DNA from: Synergistales bacterium
GTDB lineage: Bacteria > Synergistota > Synergistia > Synergistales > JAFGMB01
Reading direction: 5' to 3'
Assembly: GCA_963666205.1 (NCBI GenBank)
Contig: OY762654.1
Coordinates: 128,001-192,000 of the forward strand
Length of the DNA: 64,000 nt
Each line of letters starts with the position of its first letter. Positions within the stretch are counted from its first letter, which is position 1. Position numbers and translations under genes: made by a program. The notes beneath the pieces were generated by a model, which did not search any database, had not been told where the DNA came from, and was given only the letters and a program-made list of their open reading frames with translations. Shown piece after piece: positions 1 through 11,063 of the stretch.

Positions 1-976
1 CACCCTGTTCATTATGAGCGCCATCGAGTATTACAGTAGGGTTATGAGAAATGATTTCCATTCTCCCCGGCCACCTTGTATTGCGAATGCCTTGTTTTAT
101 TGAATGAATATCTATCCTTGTAAAATACTTTTGCAATTGAAGAGCCGCAATTACAGCAAGAGAACTATTATGTACCTGATAAAACCCGATCATGCTGGTC
201 ATGACATGAACAGGGATTTCATTTCTATTCCAGTTTAGTAGATATTCTGTTGAATCAAGACTTAGATGGATATCTGAGTATGAGATGTGACCGGATACTA
301 TAGTTCCAGTGCATTTCTTTTTCATGCACTGTTCTTCAAAAAGTATTTCCAGGTCCTTGTTTCCACCAAAATACAGAGCATTGCCATTCTCTCTTATAAC
401 AGCAAATTTCTCTGTTGCGATAGATATTAGATCAGGACCTAGAAATTCAGAATGATCAAGAGAAACAGGAGTAAATACGGAGAGAACAATATTACCCATC
501 AAGTTTGTTGCATCAAGCCTTCCACCCATGCCCGCTTCTATAACAGCAATATCGACATTTGCCTCTGCTATAAGTAGAAAAGAAATTGCAGTAAGGGTCT
601 CGAAAAAGGAAGGAGGATCTTTTTTAAGCGTGGGGTCAGAACTGATAGAATCAAATACCTTTGCAGATGCTCTGATCCATCTATCTTTTTCGATACAATG
701 ACCATCCAGTACCAGTCTTTCACCCAGGTGACTCAGATGAGGACTTGTGTATGTCGCTGTCTTATAGCCAGAAGAAATAAATATATTAGATAAAAAAACT
801 GAGGTAGACCCTTTACCATTAGTGCCAACAACATGTACTGCATTGAATGAATCTTGTGGATTCCCAAGCTTTTTTAAAAGAATTGCAATACGGTCCAAGC
901 CCGGGCGGATACCCGGGCTTGAATATTTTACTATGGATTTCTCAAGCTCTTCAAAAAAATGATGTTTGCTGGTCAT
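1..976 (-). CDS. folC: Folylpolyglutamate synthase/dihydrofolate synthase (3' end runs off the window)
   Basis: Not in the ORF track; translated by hand. ATG at 976 overlaps the valS stop (ATGA). Reads MTSKHH...PGIRPGLDRI...VHVVGTNGKGST...YTSPHL...EAGMGGRLDATN...ILDGAHN at the window edge. Confidence 0.93.
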   Translation of the reverse strand, partial: MTSKHHFFEELEKSIVKYSSPGIRPGLDRIAILLKKLGNPQDSFNAVHVVGTNGKGSTSVFLSNIFISSGYKTATYTSPHLSHLGERLVLDGHCIEKDRWIRASAKVFDSISSDPTLKKDPPSFFETLTAISFLLIAEANVDIAVIEAGMGGRLDATNLMGNIVLSVFTPVSLDHSEFLGPDLISIATEKFAVIRENGNALYFGGNKDLEILFEEQCMKKKCTGTIVSGHISYSDIHLSLDSTEYLLNWNRNEIPVHVMTSMIGFYQVHNSSLAVIAALQLQKYFTRIDIHSIKQGIRNTRWPGRMEIISHNPTVILDGAHNEQG

Positions 977-3639
977 GAATTCTTGAGACTGGCTATGTTT
1001 TCCAGTATACGTTGTTTGCGTTCTTCTCCCAGGCGCAGGCGTTCCCTCTCCTGTTCTACAACCTCCTGAGGGGCTTTTGAGACGAAAGCTGAATTAGAGA
1101 GTTTTTTTCTGTTTAATGAAATGTTTTTCTCCAGGGCTTGAAGTTCCTGATCTAATCTTGAGACCTCGGATGCTATATCAATCAGGTTACCTAACTCAAG
1201 GAATATTTCACATTTTGCCAGAACTGTTGACAAAGATCGTTCCGGTTTTTCTGAAGAAAGAGAACGGATCTCAATGATATCTACTCTTGTTAACAGTGAA
1301 ACCATATCACAATTTCTGTTGAGCAGGTCCGTGAAGTCTGTATCATCTGTTCTTATAATAAGTCTGGGTATCCGTTGCTGAGGTGGAAGATGTGCTTCGG
1401 CTCTCAGGTTCCTTATGTTACGGATCACTTCCTGAAATGAATCAACAGTCCCTTCAAGCACAATATCTATATCATCAACAGTAGCTTCTGGCCAGTTCTG
1501 TCGCTCTATGAAATCTTTACTGAAACCGAAGGAATTCCACAGTTCTTCAGTTACAAATGGGATAAAGGGGTGAAGAAGCATTAGCACTGATTTGAAAACC
1601 TTATGGATGACTGCTTGAGATACCTGTTTCCTTTTTACCCCTTCTTCTCCTTTTAGGGCTGGTTTTGCCATTTCAAGGTACCAATCACAAATATCTCCCC
1701 AGGTAAAATCGTAAAGCAGTCTGGCAGCTTCACCGATAAAATAACCATCAATCAGACTGGTGGTTTCCTGGATTACCCTGTTTGTTCTTGAAATTATCCA
1801 TTTGTCATGTAGCCTCAAACAATTGGGATCGAGGGTACATGAATCTGGAAATCCTTCAAGGTTCATAATTGCGAACCTGCTTGCATTCCATAGTTTGTTC
1901 ATAAAGAACCTGTAGGTCTCAACTCTTTTCGGTCCAAGAAGTATGTCTCTACCCTGTACTGTAAGTGCCGCTATTGTCATGCGAAGAGCATCTGCCCCGA
2001 ATTGATCTATCAGAGTCAATGGATCAACGACATTCCCTTTGGATTTACTCATTTTCTGTCCACTTTCATCTCGAACCAGGGCATGGATATAAACATCCTT
2101 AAAGGGTTCAACATCATCCATAAACTCAAGACCCATCATTATCATCCTGGCTACCCAGAAAAATATAATATCAAAGCCTGTAACCATTAACGATGTGGGG
2201 TAAAAATAATTCAGGTCCCGGGATTTATCCGGCCATCCAAGAGTAGAAAAAGGCCACAGCGCACTGCTGAACCAGGTATCAAGCACATCAGGGTCCTGAA
2301 CAATATTCTTGCTGCCGCATGAGGAACATTCGGTCGGATCATTTTCGGTTACAGTAATATGCCCGCAGTCCAAACATGACCAGGCTGGTATCCTATGGCC
2401 CCACCATAACTGTCTTGAAATACACCAGTCTCTGATGTTGTCCATCCACTGAAAATAAGTGTTTTCCCATTGAGGAGGTACCCATGTGATTTTCCCGTCT
2501 TTTACAGCCTTGACTCCGGCATCAGCAAGGGGTCGAGTCTTTACAAACCATTGTTCAGAAAGGTAGGGTTCAACTATGGTGTGACATCTGTAGCAATGTC
2601 CAATCGAATGACTGATTTCCTCAGTTCGGATAAGCAATCCCTTTTCTTCAAGGTGCTTGACTACAACTTTACGGGCTTCCAGAACAGACATGCCTGTATA
2701 CAATGGGGCATTCTCGTTCATAAGTCCATTCTCATCTATAACCTGTATCTGTTCCAGATCATGTCTCAAACCAACAAGGAAATCGTTAGGATCATGTGCT
2801 GGGGTTATCTTGACACATCCGGTTCCAAATTCGGGATCTACCATTATGTCTTCAATAATCTTTATAGAACGGTCTGTAAGAGGAACATAAACTTCCTGTC
2901 CTATCATTTCCCTGTTTCTTTCGGAACGTGGGTGAACTGCTATAGCAGTGTCTCCAAGAATTGTTTCAGGTCTAGTTGTAGCCACGACTACTTCTCCAGA
3001 ACCATTAATTAAGGGATATCTGACATAGTACAACTTCCCGGGTAAATCTTCATGGTCAACTTCTATATCAGAAAGTGCAGTATGGCACCTGGGACACCAG
3101 TTGATTATGTATTTGCCTTTATATATCAATCCTTTGTTGTAGAGTCTTACAAAAACTGACCTTACAGCTTTAGATAACCCTTCATCCATAGTGAAACGAA
3201 GTCTGCGCCAGTCACAGGAATCACCAAGTTTCTTTTGTTGTTCCACAATCCTGTTCCCGTACTCCTCTTTCCATTCCCAGACTTTTTGTACAAAATCCTC
3301 TCTGCCAAGATCATGTCTTGAAAGTCCTTCTTTAGCGAGTTTTCTTTCCACAACATTCTGAGTGGCAATACCGGCATGATCTGTTCCAGGTAGCCATAGT
3401 ACATTAAACCCCTTCATTCTTTTATAGCGGCAGACTATATCCTGAAAAGTATGATTAAAAGCATGTCCTATGTGTAACGAACCAGTTACATTGGGGGGGG
3501 GGATAACAATACTGAACGATTCCTTAGTGTTGTCAACATCTGCATTAAAAAGTCCTTCAGCTTCCCAGCGGGAATACCATTTTTCTTCAATAGGACCGGG
3601 ATCATATGTTTTATCAAGTGCTGGTTTGTTTTCCTTCAT
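973..3639 (-). CDS. valS: Valine--tRNA ligase
   Basis: IPPPNVTGSLHIGH, DWCISRQLWWGH and KMSKS motifs; C-terminal coiled coil. ATG 3639 preferred over GTG 3645 on RBS spacing. Confidence 0.97.
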   Translation of the reverse strand: MKENKPALDKTYDPGPIEEKWYSRWEAEGLFNADVDNTKESFSIVIPPPNVTGSLHIGHAFNHTFQDIVCRYKRMKGFNVLWLPGTDHAGIATQNVVERKLAKEGLSRHDLGREDFVQKVWEWKEEYGNRIVEQQKKLGDSCDWRRLRFTMDEGLSKAVRSVFVRLYNKGLIYKGKYIINWCPRCHTALSDIEVDHEDLPGKLYYVRYPLINGSGEVVVATTRPETILGDTAIAVHPRSERNREMIGQEVYVPLTDRSIKIIEDIMVDPEFGTGCVKITPAHDPNDFLVGLRHDLEQIQVIDENGLMNENAPLYTGMSVLEARKVVVKHLEEKGLLIRTEEISHSIGHCYRCHTIVEPYLSEQWFVKTRPLADAGVKAVKDGKITWVPPQWENTYFQWMDNIRDWCISRQLWWGHRIPAWSCLDCGHITVTENDPTECSSCGSKNIVQDPDVLDTWFSSALWPFSTLGWPDKSRDLNYFYPTSLMVTGFDIIFFWVARMIMMGLEFMDDVEPFKDVYIHALVRDESGQKMSKSKGNVVDPLTLIDQFGADALRMTIAALTVQGRDILLGPKRVETYRFFMNKLWNASRFAIMNLEGFPDSCTLDPNCLRLHDKWIISRTNRVIQETTSLIDGYFIGEAARLLYDFTWGDICDWYLEMAKPALKGEEGVKRKQVSQAVIHKVFKSVLMLLHPFIPFVTEELWNSFGFSKDFIERQNWPEATVDDIDIVLEGTVDSFQEVIRNIRNLRAEAHLPPQQRIPRLIIRTDDTDFTDLLNRNCDMVSLLTRVDIIEIRSLSSEKPERSLSTVLAKCEIFLELGNLIDIASEVSRLDQELQALEKNISLNRKKLSNSAFVSKAPQEVVEQERERLRLGEERKQRILENIASLKNS

Positions 3640-3718
3640 GTACACTGTCCCCCTCTAAAGTCTGTTTCATCCGACATAGTAATAATTTCAGATATCCTTT
3701 CACAAAACATTAATTATT

Positions 3719-4327
3719 TCAAGATTTTACTTCGGTAATTTCTGTAATATATTGTTCCAGGAACTCCCTTAATGAGTCCATTCCTTCGCCGTTGGGTACC
3801 GAAGTAAGAAAGGGAACCTCCAGAGAACGCAGGCCTTCTCTGATGTACTTATGTAAATAGGCTTTTCTTTTTCCTCTGGAGATCTTATCAATCTTTGTGA
3901 AAACCGTTAATAAAGGTATTCCAAGGCCATGTATCCATTCCTGGAGCATTTTGTCATTTTCAAGAAGGCCATGTCTAAAATCAACAAGGCTGACCAACAA
4001 TGCCAATGTTCCCCTGGTCTGTATATAACTTTCTATCAGCCTGGACCACTCTTTTCTCTCAGTTTTACTTCTGGAGGCAAAACCATAACCAGGAAGATCT
4101 ACCAGAACAAAGGAAATATCTCCTTCAATTCTATAAAAATTGATACTTCTGGTTTTTCCAGGTCTGGATGCCACATGGGCAATCTTTTGAGATACAAGTT
4201 TATTTAACAGACTGGATTTTCCGACATTTGACCTGCCCGCAATAGCGATTTCCGGGAGTCCTTCTTCAGGAAACTGAGATTTGTTAAAGGCAGTCTGAAG
4301 TAGTTGGACCTTCCATCTCTTATGCAT
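3719..4327 (-). CDS. engB: Ribosome biogenesis GTPase YihA/YsxC
   Basis: GRSNVGKSS, DLPGYG and TKID motifs; usual position after lon. Confidence 0.95.
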   Translation of the reverse strand: MHKRWKVQLLQTAFNKSQFPEEGLPEIAIAGRSNVGKSSLLNKLVSQKIAHVASRPGKTRSINFYRIEGDISFVLVDLPGYGFASRSKTERKEWSRLIESYIQTRGTLALLVSLVDFRHGLLENDKMLQEWIHGLGIPLLTVFTKIDKISRGKRKAYLHKYIREGLRSLEVPFLTSVPNGEGMDSLREFLEQYITEITEVKS

Positions 4328-4330
4328 GGG

Positions 4331-6670
4331 TTATTTCTCAAGTGCAATCTGGAAAACTTCTGAAACATCACTTACAAAATGAAATTTCATTCCATCAACT
4401 GCCCATGGGGCAAGTTCTTCAAGATCAAGCCTGTTGGAGGCTGGAAGAATAACTCTAAATATCTTGTTCCTTTTCGCAGCAAGGATCTTTTCTCTTATAC
4501 CACCTACAGGAAGAACCTGGCCAAGAAGTGTGATTTCACCGGTCATGGCGACAGAAGAAGAGACCTTCCTGCCGCTGACGGCTGAAAGCATGGCGAGAGC
4601 CATGGTTATACCGGCAGATGGACCATCTTTTGGGATGGCTCCTTCGGGAACATGGAGATGAATATCAATCGTATCCCATTCTATATGATCAAGGTTTAAC
4701 TTGTCTGAATTGGCTTTTAGAAAACCATAGGCGGTCTGGGCCGACTCCTGCATTATATCTCCCAGATTTCCTGTAAAAGTTACAGCCCCTTTACCTTTCA
4801 TTTTTGCTGCTTCAATTACCAGAGCATCTCCACCCGCTTGTGTCCATGCCAGACCTACAGCTATACCCTGTTGATCCTGTTTTGGTATACTCAGATCATA
4901 TGTTCTGGGAGGGCCAAGATAGTCTTTAAGATTGGATCTCTTTATTGATACTGAATGTCCCGGATTAGTCTGAATTGGAAGATCCTCAACAATCTGTTTA
5001 GTGACCTTGCGACAGATCTTCGCAAGTTCTCTTTCCAGACTTCGTACTCCGGCTTCTCTTGTATAATCCCTGATAATACATCCTAAAGAACCTGGTGTTA
5101 TCTTAACTTCTTTAGGGGTCAGGCCGTGTTCTTTCAGAATCTTGGGTATAAGGTGCCGTTTCGCAATATGAACTTTTTCTTCAGCAACATAGCCTGGTAT
5201 ACTGATTATTTCCATTCTATCCAGGAGTGGCTTGGGAATTGAATGGGTAACATTTGCTGTCGTAATGAACATAACCTTACTCAGGTCAAAGGGAACTTCC
5301 AGAAAATGATCTGTGAAGGAAAAGTTCTGTTCTGGATCAAGTACTTCAAGTAACGCTGCAGATGGGTCGCCTCTAAAGTCCATCCCCATTTTATCTATCT
5401 CATCCATGAGCATGACAGGATTAGAGGTTCCAGCCTGTCTGATTTTCTGGATGATCCTTCCGGGAAGTGATCCGACATAGGTTTTACGGTGGCCACGGAT
5501 TTCTGCTTCATCCCTCATTCCACCAAGGGACATGCTGACAAACTTTCTATCTAGTGACCTTGCGATTGATCGGGCAAGGGATGTTTTTCCAACTCCAGGA
5601 GGTCCTACAAAGCATAGTACCTGGCCACGCATGTTACCTTTGGCGAGGATTCTTACAGCAAGATACTCCAGAATTCTTTCCTTGACTTTTTCAAGTCCGT
5701 AGTGGTCTTCATCAAGAACCTTTCTAGCTAAGGTAAGATCCAGTCTATCCAAGGATTCAATGTTCCATGGTAGAGAGACCAACCAATCAATATAAGTTCG
5801 GACAACGGTTGCCTCAGCAGACATGACGGGCATTTTCGATAGCCGATCAAGCTCGTGAAGAGCTTTTGTCTGAACATCATGAGGCATTTGTGCGTCTCCT
5901 ATCTTCTGCTTGAACTCATCAAGCTCAGAAGAAGATTCTCCCTGTCCAAGCTCATCCTGTATGATTTTAAGCTGTTCTCTAAGGTAATACTCCTTATGGC
6001 CTCTTTCAAGCTCTTTCCGGACCTTGTCCTGTATATCGTGTTCAAGTTCAAGTATATCGATTTCTTCAATAAGCACCTTAAGAATATGTTTCATCAACAG
6101 TTCCGGGTCTGTAACTTCCAGAAGACGCTGTTTTTCACTGATGCGGATTGTCAGGTGTGATGCCACAAGATCGGCCAGCTGAGCAGCATCCTCTATATTC
6201 ATAGCAGAAATAAGCACTTCTGAAGGGATCTTTGGATGGAGGGTCACGTATTTCTCAAACTGTTCAAGAACACTCCGCCTCAGAGCTTCTGATTGTTCAG
6301 AAAGAGGCTTATCCCATCGAATAGTCTGAATATTTGCTTCCAGTACTTCTTTCCCCTTGATGAACTGGACTATCTTGACTTTTTCTACTCCTTCTATTAG
6401 AACTTTCGTTGTGCCATCGGGAATACGTACCATCTGTAGAATATTACACAGTGTTCCTACTTCGAACAGTTCATCGGGATTAGGATCTTCTACCTGCATA
6501 TCTTTCTGTGCAACGACGACAATAGTCCTATCCTGAAGCATTGCAAGCTCAATAGCTTTCAAAGACCTTGGTCTCCCCACAAACAGGGGGGTGATTATTC
6601 CGGGAAATAAAACAATATCCCTTACAGGCAGTACACAAGATTGTTTTGTATTCAGAAGTTCCGAAGCCAT
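4331..6670 (-). CDS. lon: ATP-dependent Lon protease
   Basis: LON N-domain, GPPGVGKT Walker A, PKDGPSAG catalytic Ser motif. Confidence 0.97.
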   Translation of the reverse strand: MASELLNTKQSCVLPVRDIVLFPGIITPLFVGRPRSLKAIELAMLQDRTIVVVAQKDMQVEDPNPDELFEVGTLCNILQMVRIPDGTTKVLIEGVEKVKIVQFIKGKEVLEANIQTIRWDKPLSEQSEALRRSVLEQFEKYVTLHPKIPSEVLISAMNIEDAAQLADLVASHLTIRISEKQRLLEVTDPELLMKHILKVLIEEIDILELEHDIQDKVRKELERGHKEYYLREQLKIIQDELGQGESSSELDEFKQKIGDAQMPHDVQTKALHELDRLSKMPVMSAEATVVRTYIDWLVSLPWNIESLDRLDLTLARKVLDEDHYGLEKVKERILEYLAVRILAKGNMRGQVLCFVGPPGVGKTSLARSIARSLDRKFVSMSLGGMRDEAEIRGHRKTYVGSLPGRIIQKIRQAGTSNPVMLMDEIDKMGMDFRGDPSAALLEVLDPEQNFSFTDHFLEVPFDLSKVMFITTANVTHSIPKPLLDRMEIISIPGYVAEEKVHIAKRHLIPKILKEHGLTPKEVKITPGSLGCIIRDYTREAGVRSLERELAKICRKVTKQIVEDLPIQTNPGHSVSIKRSNLKDYLGPPRTYDLSIPKQDQQGIAVGLAWTQAGGDALVIEAAKMKGKGAVTFTGNLGDIMQESAQTAYGFLKANSDKLNLDHIEWDTIDIHLHVPEGAIPKDGPSAGITMALAMLSAVSGRKVSSSVAMTGEITLLGQVLPVGGIREKILAAKRNKIFRVILPASNRLDLEELAPWAVDGMKFHFVSDVSEVFQIALEK

Positions 6671-6673
6671 AAA

Positions 6674-7963
6674 TTAGGCTACCTCCTCATTTTCTCTTCG
6701 TTTTATTACTGGTTTTGCTTTTCCTGCGACCATGTCCCCGGTAATCAGGATCTGGGAAATAGTATCAGCTTTTGAGGGAATCTCATACATGAGGTCAAGC
6801 ATCAGTGCTTCCATAATGCTTCTTAACCCCCTTGCACCTGTATTCTTACTGCTTGCAAGGGTTGCAATCTCAATTATGGCATCTTCAGAAAAATCAAGCT
6901 GAATGTTTTCCATTGCAAATGACTTCTGATATTGCCTGATAAGGGCATTCTTAGGTTCGAGGAGGATCTTTGCAAGTGCTTCTGTGTCAAGATCCTGAAG
7001 GGGAAGCGTTACAGGAAGTCTTCCAACCAGTTCAGGTATGAAACCATAACGCATAAGATCCTCTGGTTGTGTATGTATAATAAGGTTGAATTTGTCATGT
7101 TTCTGTCCGGTGATAACATTACCACCAAATCCAATTATTTTCTGGTTTACCCTTCTGGCAATTACGTCTTCCAGGCCATCAAAAGCACCTGCACAGATGA
7201 AAAGGATATTGGTTGTATCCAGCTGGATAAAGTCCTGGTATGGATGTTTTCGACCACCCTTAGGAGGCACATTGGCAACCGTTCCTTCAAGAATCTTTAG
7301 AAGGGCCTGCTGCACTCCTTCACCGGAAACATCTCTTGTTATAGATGTTGATTCGGACTTTCTGGATACCTTGTCGATTTCATCAATATAAATGATTCCC
7401 TTTTCTGCAGCTTTAACATCATAATCGGCTGCCTGAAGAAGTTTAACAAGAATGTTTTCAACATCTTCTCCAACATATCCTGCTTCAGTAAGTGTTGTTG
7501 CGTCTGCCATGGCAAAAGGCACATTCAGTTTTCGTGCAAGGCTTTGCGCTATCAGCGTTTTACCGCAGCCAGTGGGGCCAATAAGAAGCACATTACTTTT
7601 TTGGAGTTCTACGTCGTTCTCTGATCTGTAACTATTGTTATGGATTCGCTTGTAATGATTGTAGACGGCTACCGATATACCCTTTTTTGCAAGTTCCTGT
7701 CCTATTACGTACTGATCGAGAAATGATTTTATCACAGTAGGTTTTGGAAGTTCCTGGAGAGGGGTTTCCAGAACTGCCTCAATCTTATCAGCGTCCTCTA
7801 CCTCCTCATTGAGGATAAGGTTACAGAGGTGAACACATTCGTTACAGATGTAAACCCCGGGGCCGGCAATGAGCTTCTGAACTTCATCCTGTCCTTTGCC
7901 ACAAAAAGAACAGTGAAGGTCGTTCTTTCTTTCGCCATTTCCATGATCTTCAAATTTAAACAT
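6674..7963 (-). CDS. clpX: ATP-dependent Clp protease ATP-binding subunit ClpX
   Basis: CSFC...ICNEC zinc finger, [18 protein letters not shown]. Confidence 0.97.
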   Translation of the reverse strand: MFKFEDHGNGERKNDLHCSFCGKGQDEVQKLIAGPGVYICNECVHLCNLILNEEVEDADKIEAVLETPLQELPKPTVIKSFLDQYVIGQELAKKGISVAVYNHYKRIHNNSYRSENDVELQKSNVLLIGPTGCGKTLIAQSLARKLNVPFAMADATTLTEAGYVGEDVENILVKLLQAADYDVKAAEKGIIYIDEIDKVSRKSESTSITRDVSGEGVQQALLKILEGTVANVPPKGGRKHPYQDFIQLDTTNILFICAGAFDGLEDVIARRVNQKIIGFGGNVITGQKHDKFNLIIHTQPEDLMRYGFIPELVGRLPVTLPLQDLDTEALAKILLEPKNALIRQYQKSFAMENIQLDFSEDAIIEIATLASSKNTGARGLRSIMEALMLDLMYEIPSKADTISQILITGDMVAGKAKPVIKRRENEEVA

Positions 7964-8024
7964 TCAGCGACCTCCTTTGGAACCTCATCAATCTGAATCT
8001 CAGCGGGTTCCAAATCCAAACATC

Positions 8025-8062
8025 AAAAAACCCAAACAAGGGAGCTCCTATAGGGCTCCCTT
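8025..8062 (-). terminator. Intrinsic terminator-like hairpin between clpP and clpX
   Basis: Minus strand aagggagccctataggagctccctt followed by gtttgggtttttt. Confidence 0.6.
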
Positions 8063-8096
8063 ATTGTACTGCTTTTTGGGTTTCACTGCAGTGTAT

Positions 8097-8678
8097 CTAA
8101 TTACGTGATTGAATGACTTTATCTATTATTCCGTAACTGACAGCTTCTTCTGCAGACATAAAGAAATCTCTTTCTGTATCAGCCTTAACCTTGCGTCTGC
8201 TCTGGTTCGTATGTTTGACCAGAATATCCGTCAGCCTTTCCCTCATCTGTAGAATTTCTCTAGCATGTATCTCAATTTCAGTGGCTTGTCCCTGGGCGCC
8301 TCCGAGTGGCTGGTGAATCATTATTCTAGCATTGGGAAGGGCGATCCTCTTTCCAATCGCCCCCCCGGACAAAAGGAGTGCTCCCATACTTGCTGCCTGG
8401 CCAATACAAATAGTAGAAACAGGGCATTTAACATATTGCATGGTGTCATAAATAGCAAGACCAGCTGAAACTATTCCTCCGGGGCTGTTAATATAAAGGT
8501 TAATGTCCTTGTCAGGATCTTCGCTTTCAAGAAATAGCATTTGAGCAACAATTACATTTGCGAGGGTCTCGTCAATCGGTTCACCGAGAAAAATGATCCT
8601 GTCCTTGAGAAGACGACTATATATATCGTAGGCCCTCTCACCCTTACCTGTCTGTTCAATAACCATTGGTATTAACAT
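8097..8678 (-). CDS. clpP: ATP-dependent Clp protease proteolytic subunit
   Basis: [19 protein letters not shown] and RIMIHQP motifs. Confidence 0.97.
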   Translation of the reverse strand: MLIPMVIEQTGKGERAYDIYSRLLKDRIIFLGEPIDETLANVIVAQMLFLESEDPDKDINLYINSPGGIVSAGLAIYDTMQYVKCPVSTICIGQAASMGALLLSGGAIGKRIALPNARIMIHQPLGGAQGQATEIEIHAREILQMRERLTDILVKHTNQSRRKVKADTERDFFMSAEEAVSYGIIDKVIQSRN

Positions 8679-8714
8679 AAGATCTCACCGCCTATACAGC
8701 AAAGAGCGCTGATT

Positions 8715-10073
8715 TTATTCTGCTTCAGATTCTACCTCTTCTGTCTGTTCTCCTGTAGTCTGCTTAATTGTGATCCTATCAAAAAGCGCTTCTACAGTTT
8801 TCTGATATCTAACTCTGTTTGAAATCTCACGAAGTCTTTCCTGATCCTTCAACATTGTGCCCATCAGTTTTTCAACATCAATATTATAAGTAGATGCAAT
8901 CTTAGCTACTTCATTGTAAATATCTTCTTTCGTGATGTCGATGTTCAGTTCTTTGGCCAGAGCATCCATTACAAGATAACGGGCAACAGCTTTTTTTGCC
9001 TGATCATTCATATTTTTGTGATACTCTTCCTTATCCTGAGGATTATCCTCAAAAAACTCATCAATTGTTTTGTGAAACCTTTTTTTGAAGTTTTCTTCGT
9101 CCTGTTCACGGATAGAGATTTCCTGTCGCCTAACCAGCGTATCAGGAATATCGAATTCTGCTAATTCTGCTAGTCTGTCAATTGCCATGTTTTCCATTTC
9201 CAACTTGTTTTCATTTTCAAGTCTGGATAAGATCCCCTTTTCTAAATGGTTCCTGAAAGCTGGAAGAGAATCAATAGTCTCTCCCGTGACCTTTCTGAAA
9301 AAGTCACTATTCAGCTCAGGAATGATCTTCTCTTTGATGCCTTTGATATCAATGGAATACATAGCCCTCTTGCCAGCTATTTCCAGATCAGGGTTGTCTT
9401 CCTCAATGGGAACTTCTACCTCAATATGATCTCCTACTTCACTGTCACAAAGAGCATTCCTGATCTCTTCCTTAAGTCCGTCCATGCCAAGATCAATTGT
9501 AGTTTCACCTGGGTCGTGTGATTTTATTGACTCATCATTCTCATCCAGCACTCTGGTTACATATGAGATGTCGACCATATCTCCAGATATGATCTTTGAT
9601 CTGCTTTCAACGGTGGGATATTCTGCAAACTGGTTCTGGATCTGAAGCATTGTTGTATCTATCATTTCATCGGTAACAGCTACTTCTTTTTTTATAACTT
9701 CAACCTTCTCCAGTTCCGGGAGCATAACCTGGGGAGAGACTTCAAAGGTGAAAACGAGCTCAAGCGGTTTTCCTTCTCCCATTGTTTCTATTTTAAGATC
9801 TGGTTCTTCTATGAGATCAAGTTCATAATCGTTTACTATTTCATTGATGATTCCCGGCATTATAGAATCGAGTGTCTCAGTGTAAATGGCTTCTTTTGTA
9901 AAACGCATTTCCAGAACGTTCCTTGGTACTTTACCCTTCCTGAAACCAGGGATATTCACTTTTCTTGACAGATCACGGATCGTAGCATCGACATTCTTGG
10001 TAAATTCGACTGTGTCCATCTCTGCTTTTATAACGACCTTATTCTTTTCCTGGGATAGGATTTCAGTTTTCAC
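8715..10073 (-). CDS. tig: Trigger factor
   Basis: IPGFRKGKVP ribosome-binding signature; upstream of clpP. GTG 10073 preferred because of the AAGGGG RBS. Confidence 0.93.
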   Translation of the reverse strand: MKTEILSQEKNKVVIKAEMDTVEFTKNVDATIRDLSRKVNIPGFRKGKVPRNVLEMRFTKEAIYTETLDSIMPGIINEIVNDYELDLIEEPDLKIETMGEGKPLELVFTFEVSPQVMLPELEKVEVIKKEVAVTDEMIDTTMLQIQNQFAEYPTVESRSKIISGDMVDISYVTRVLDENDESIKSHDPGETTIDLGMDGLKEEIRNALCDSEVGDHIEVEVPIEEDNPDLEIAGKRAMYSIDIKGIKEKIIPELNSDFFRKVTGETIDSLPAFRNHLEKGILSRLENENKLEMENMAIDRLAELAEFDIPDTLVRRQEISIREQDEENFKKRFHKTIDEFFEDNPQDKEEYHKNMNDQAKKAVARYLVMDALAKELNIDITKEDIYNEVAKIASTYNIDVEKLMGTMLKDQERLREISNRVRYQKTVEALFDRITIKQTTGEQTEEVESEAE

Positions 10074-10257
10074 GTTAACAGCCCCTTTCACAAACCTTAA
10101 TTTCTTTTGAACAAAGCGTAGTATAGCACAAGAAACGAATTGAATTCACCATTATGCAGATTTTTCAGTAAAATTGCCTTAATATATCTGTGACCGTTTA
10201 GATGTCTCGGTATTCAGTACATCTGATCAGATGGCATGTGTACCCAAAATCCGAGAA

Positions 10258-10286
10258 ACAATAAGTGAAAAACGGATAAATGTCAA
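10258..10286 (-). promoter_or_regulatory. Putative sigma70 promoter upstream of tig
   Basis: TTGACA-17 nt-TATTGT. Confidence 0.45.
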
Positions 10287-10341
10287 GTTTGGTTAGGGAT
10301 AGATATACGACAGAGTTAACAAAGGTTTTATGGAGAAAAAA

Positions 10342-10426
<85 letters not shown>

Positions 10427-10586
10427 ACTTTAAAAAGGTGACATAAATGAAATGAATTCCTTTTAACCAGTTCTTAGCGGTCTTTCTGTTTTAAGAAGCT
10501 AATAAACTCAGATCAGGCTAAGTGCAAGGGAATAATAACAAAAAAGCAAGACCAAGAAAAGAGGTTACGTTCTTCTTTTCTTAAGA

Positions 10587-10639
10587 ATATTAACCCCGGC
10601 AACGGGAGAAAGGATCGGACCTGTTGCCGGGGTTAATAT
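10587..10639 (-). terminator. Long hairpin after the ABC operon
   Basis: atattaaccccggcaac(ggg) ... (cct)gttgccggggttaatat, 17-bp perfect arms. Confidence 0.65.
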
Positions 10640-10660
10640 CTTTATAACCTGGTAATGCTT

Positions 10661-11044
10661 TTATTTCTTGGGAATCACCCAGTCAGAAGCGCCTCCAAGG
10701 AGTGCCGGGATACTGAAAAGGGTCCCTTTCTTTGCATCGATTAAAAAGTCTTTTTCAATGAAATCTATAACTTTTTCTTCCTTTTCGTCCAACAGTTCGA
10801 CTCTTATCCGATGTTTCTTACCAATAACCGAACTGATATCACGATCATCTATCCACAACTCCAGTGGTTCCTGTGCATCTACGTAAACACGGACAGTTCC
10901 CCTAGCCTCGTAGGTCATTCCGTTCAGAATTACTGTCTGGTTATCAATAAGCAAATCATATCCCTTGCCGGAGATATACAGGAACATAGACAGTAACATG
11001 AACATAAAAACAAGCACAAGATTAACAGCAATCTGTTTTTTCAA
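10661..11044 (-). CDS. Small membrane-anchored accessory protein (DUF6672-like)
   Basis: TTG 11044 behind AGGAGG. One N-terminal hydrophobic helix, then GKGYDLLIDN and a beta-rich domain. Last gene of the DUF3798 ABC operon. Confidence 0.65.
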   Translation of the reverse strand: MKKQIAVNLVLVFMFMLLSMFLYISGKGYDLLIDNQTVILNGMTYEARGTVRVYVDAQEPLELWIDDRDISSVIGKKHRIRVELLDEKEEKVIDFIEKDFLIDAKKGTLFSIPALLGGASDWVIPKK

Positions 11045-11063
11045 AGGGATACCTCCTAATGGT

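Noticed and set aside
897..920. Inverted repeat aagcccggg...cccgggctt in folC
   Set aside because: Explained by the codons of SPGIRPGL; no regulatory context.
3640..3718. T-box leader for valS (also sought for ileS, serS and cysS)
   Set aside because: Spacers are too short and no GGTGGNACC T-box sequence is present.
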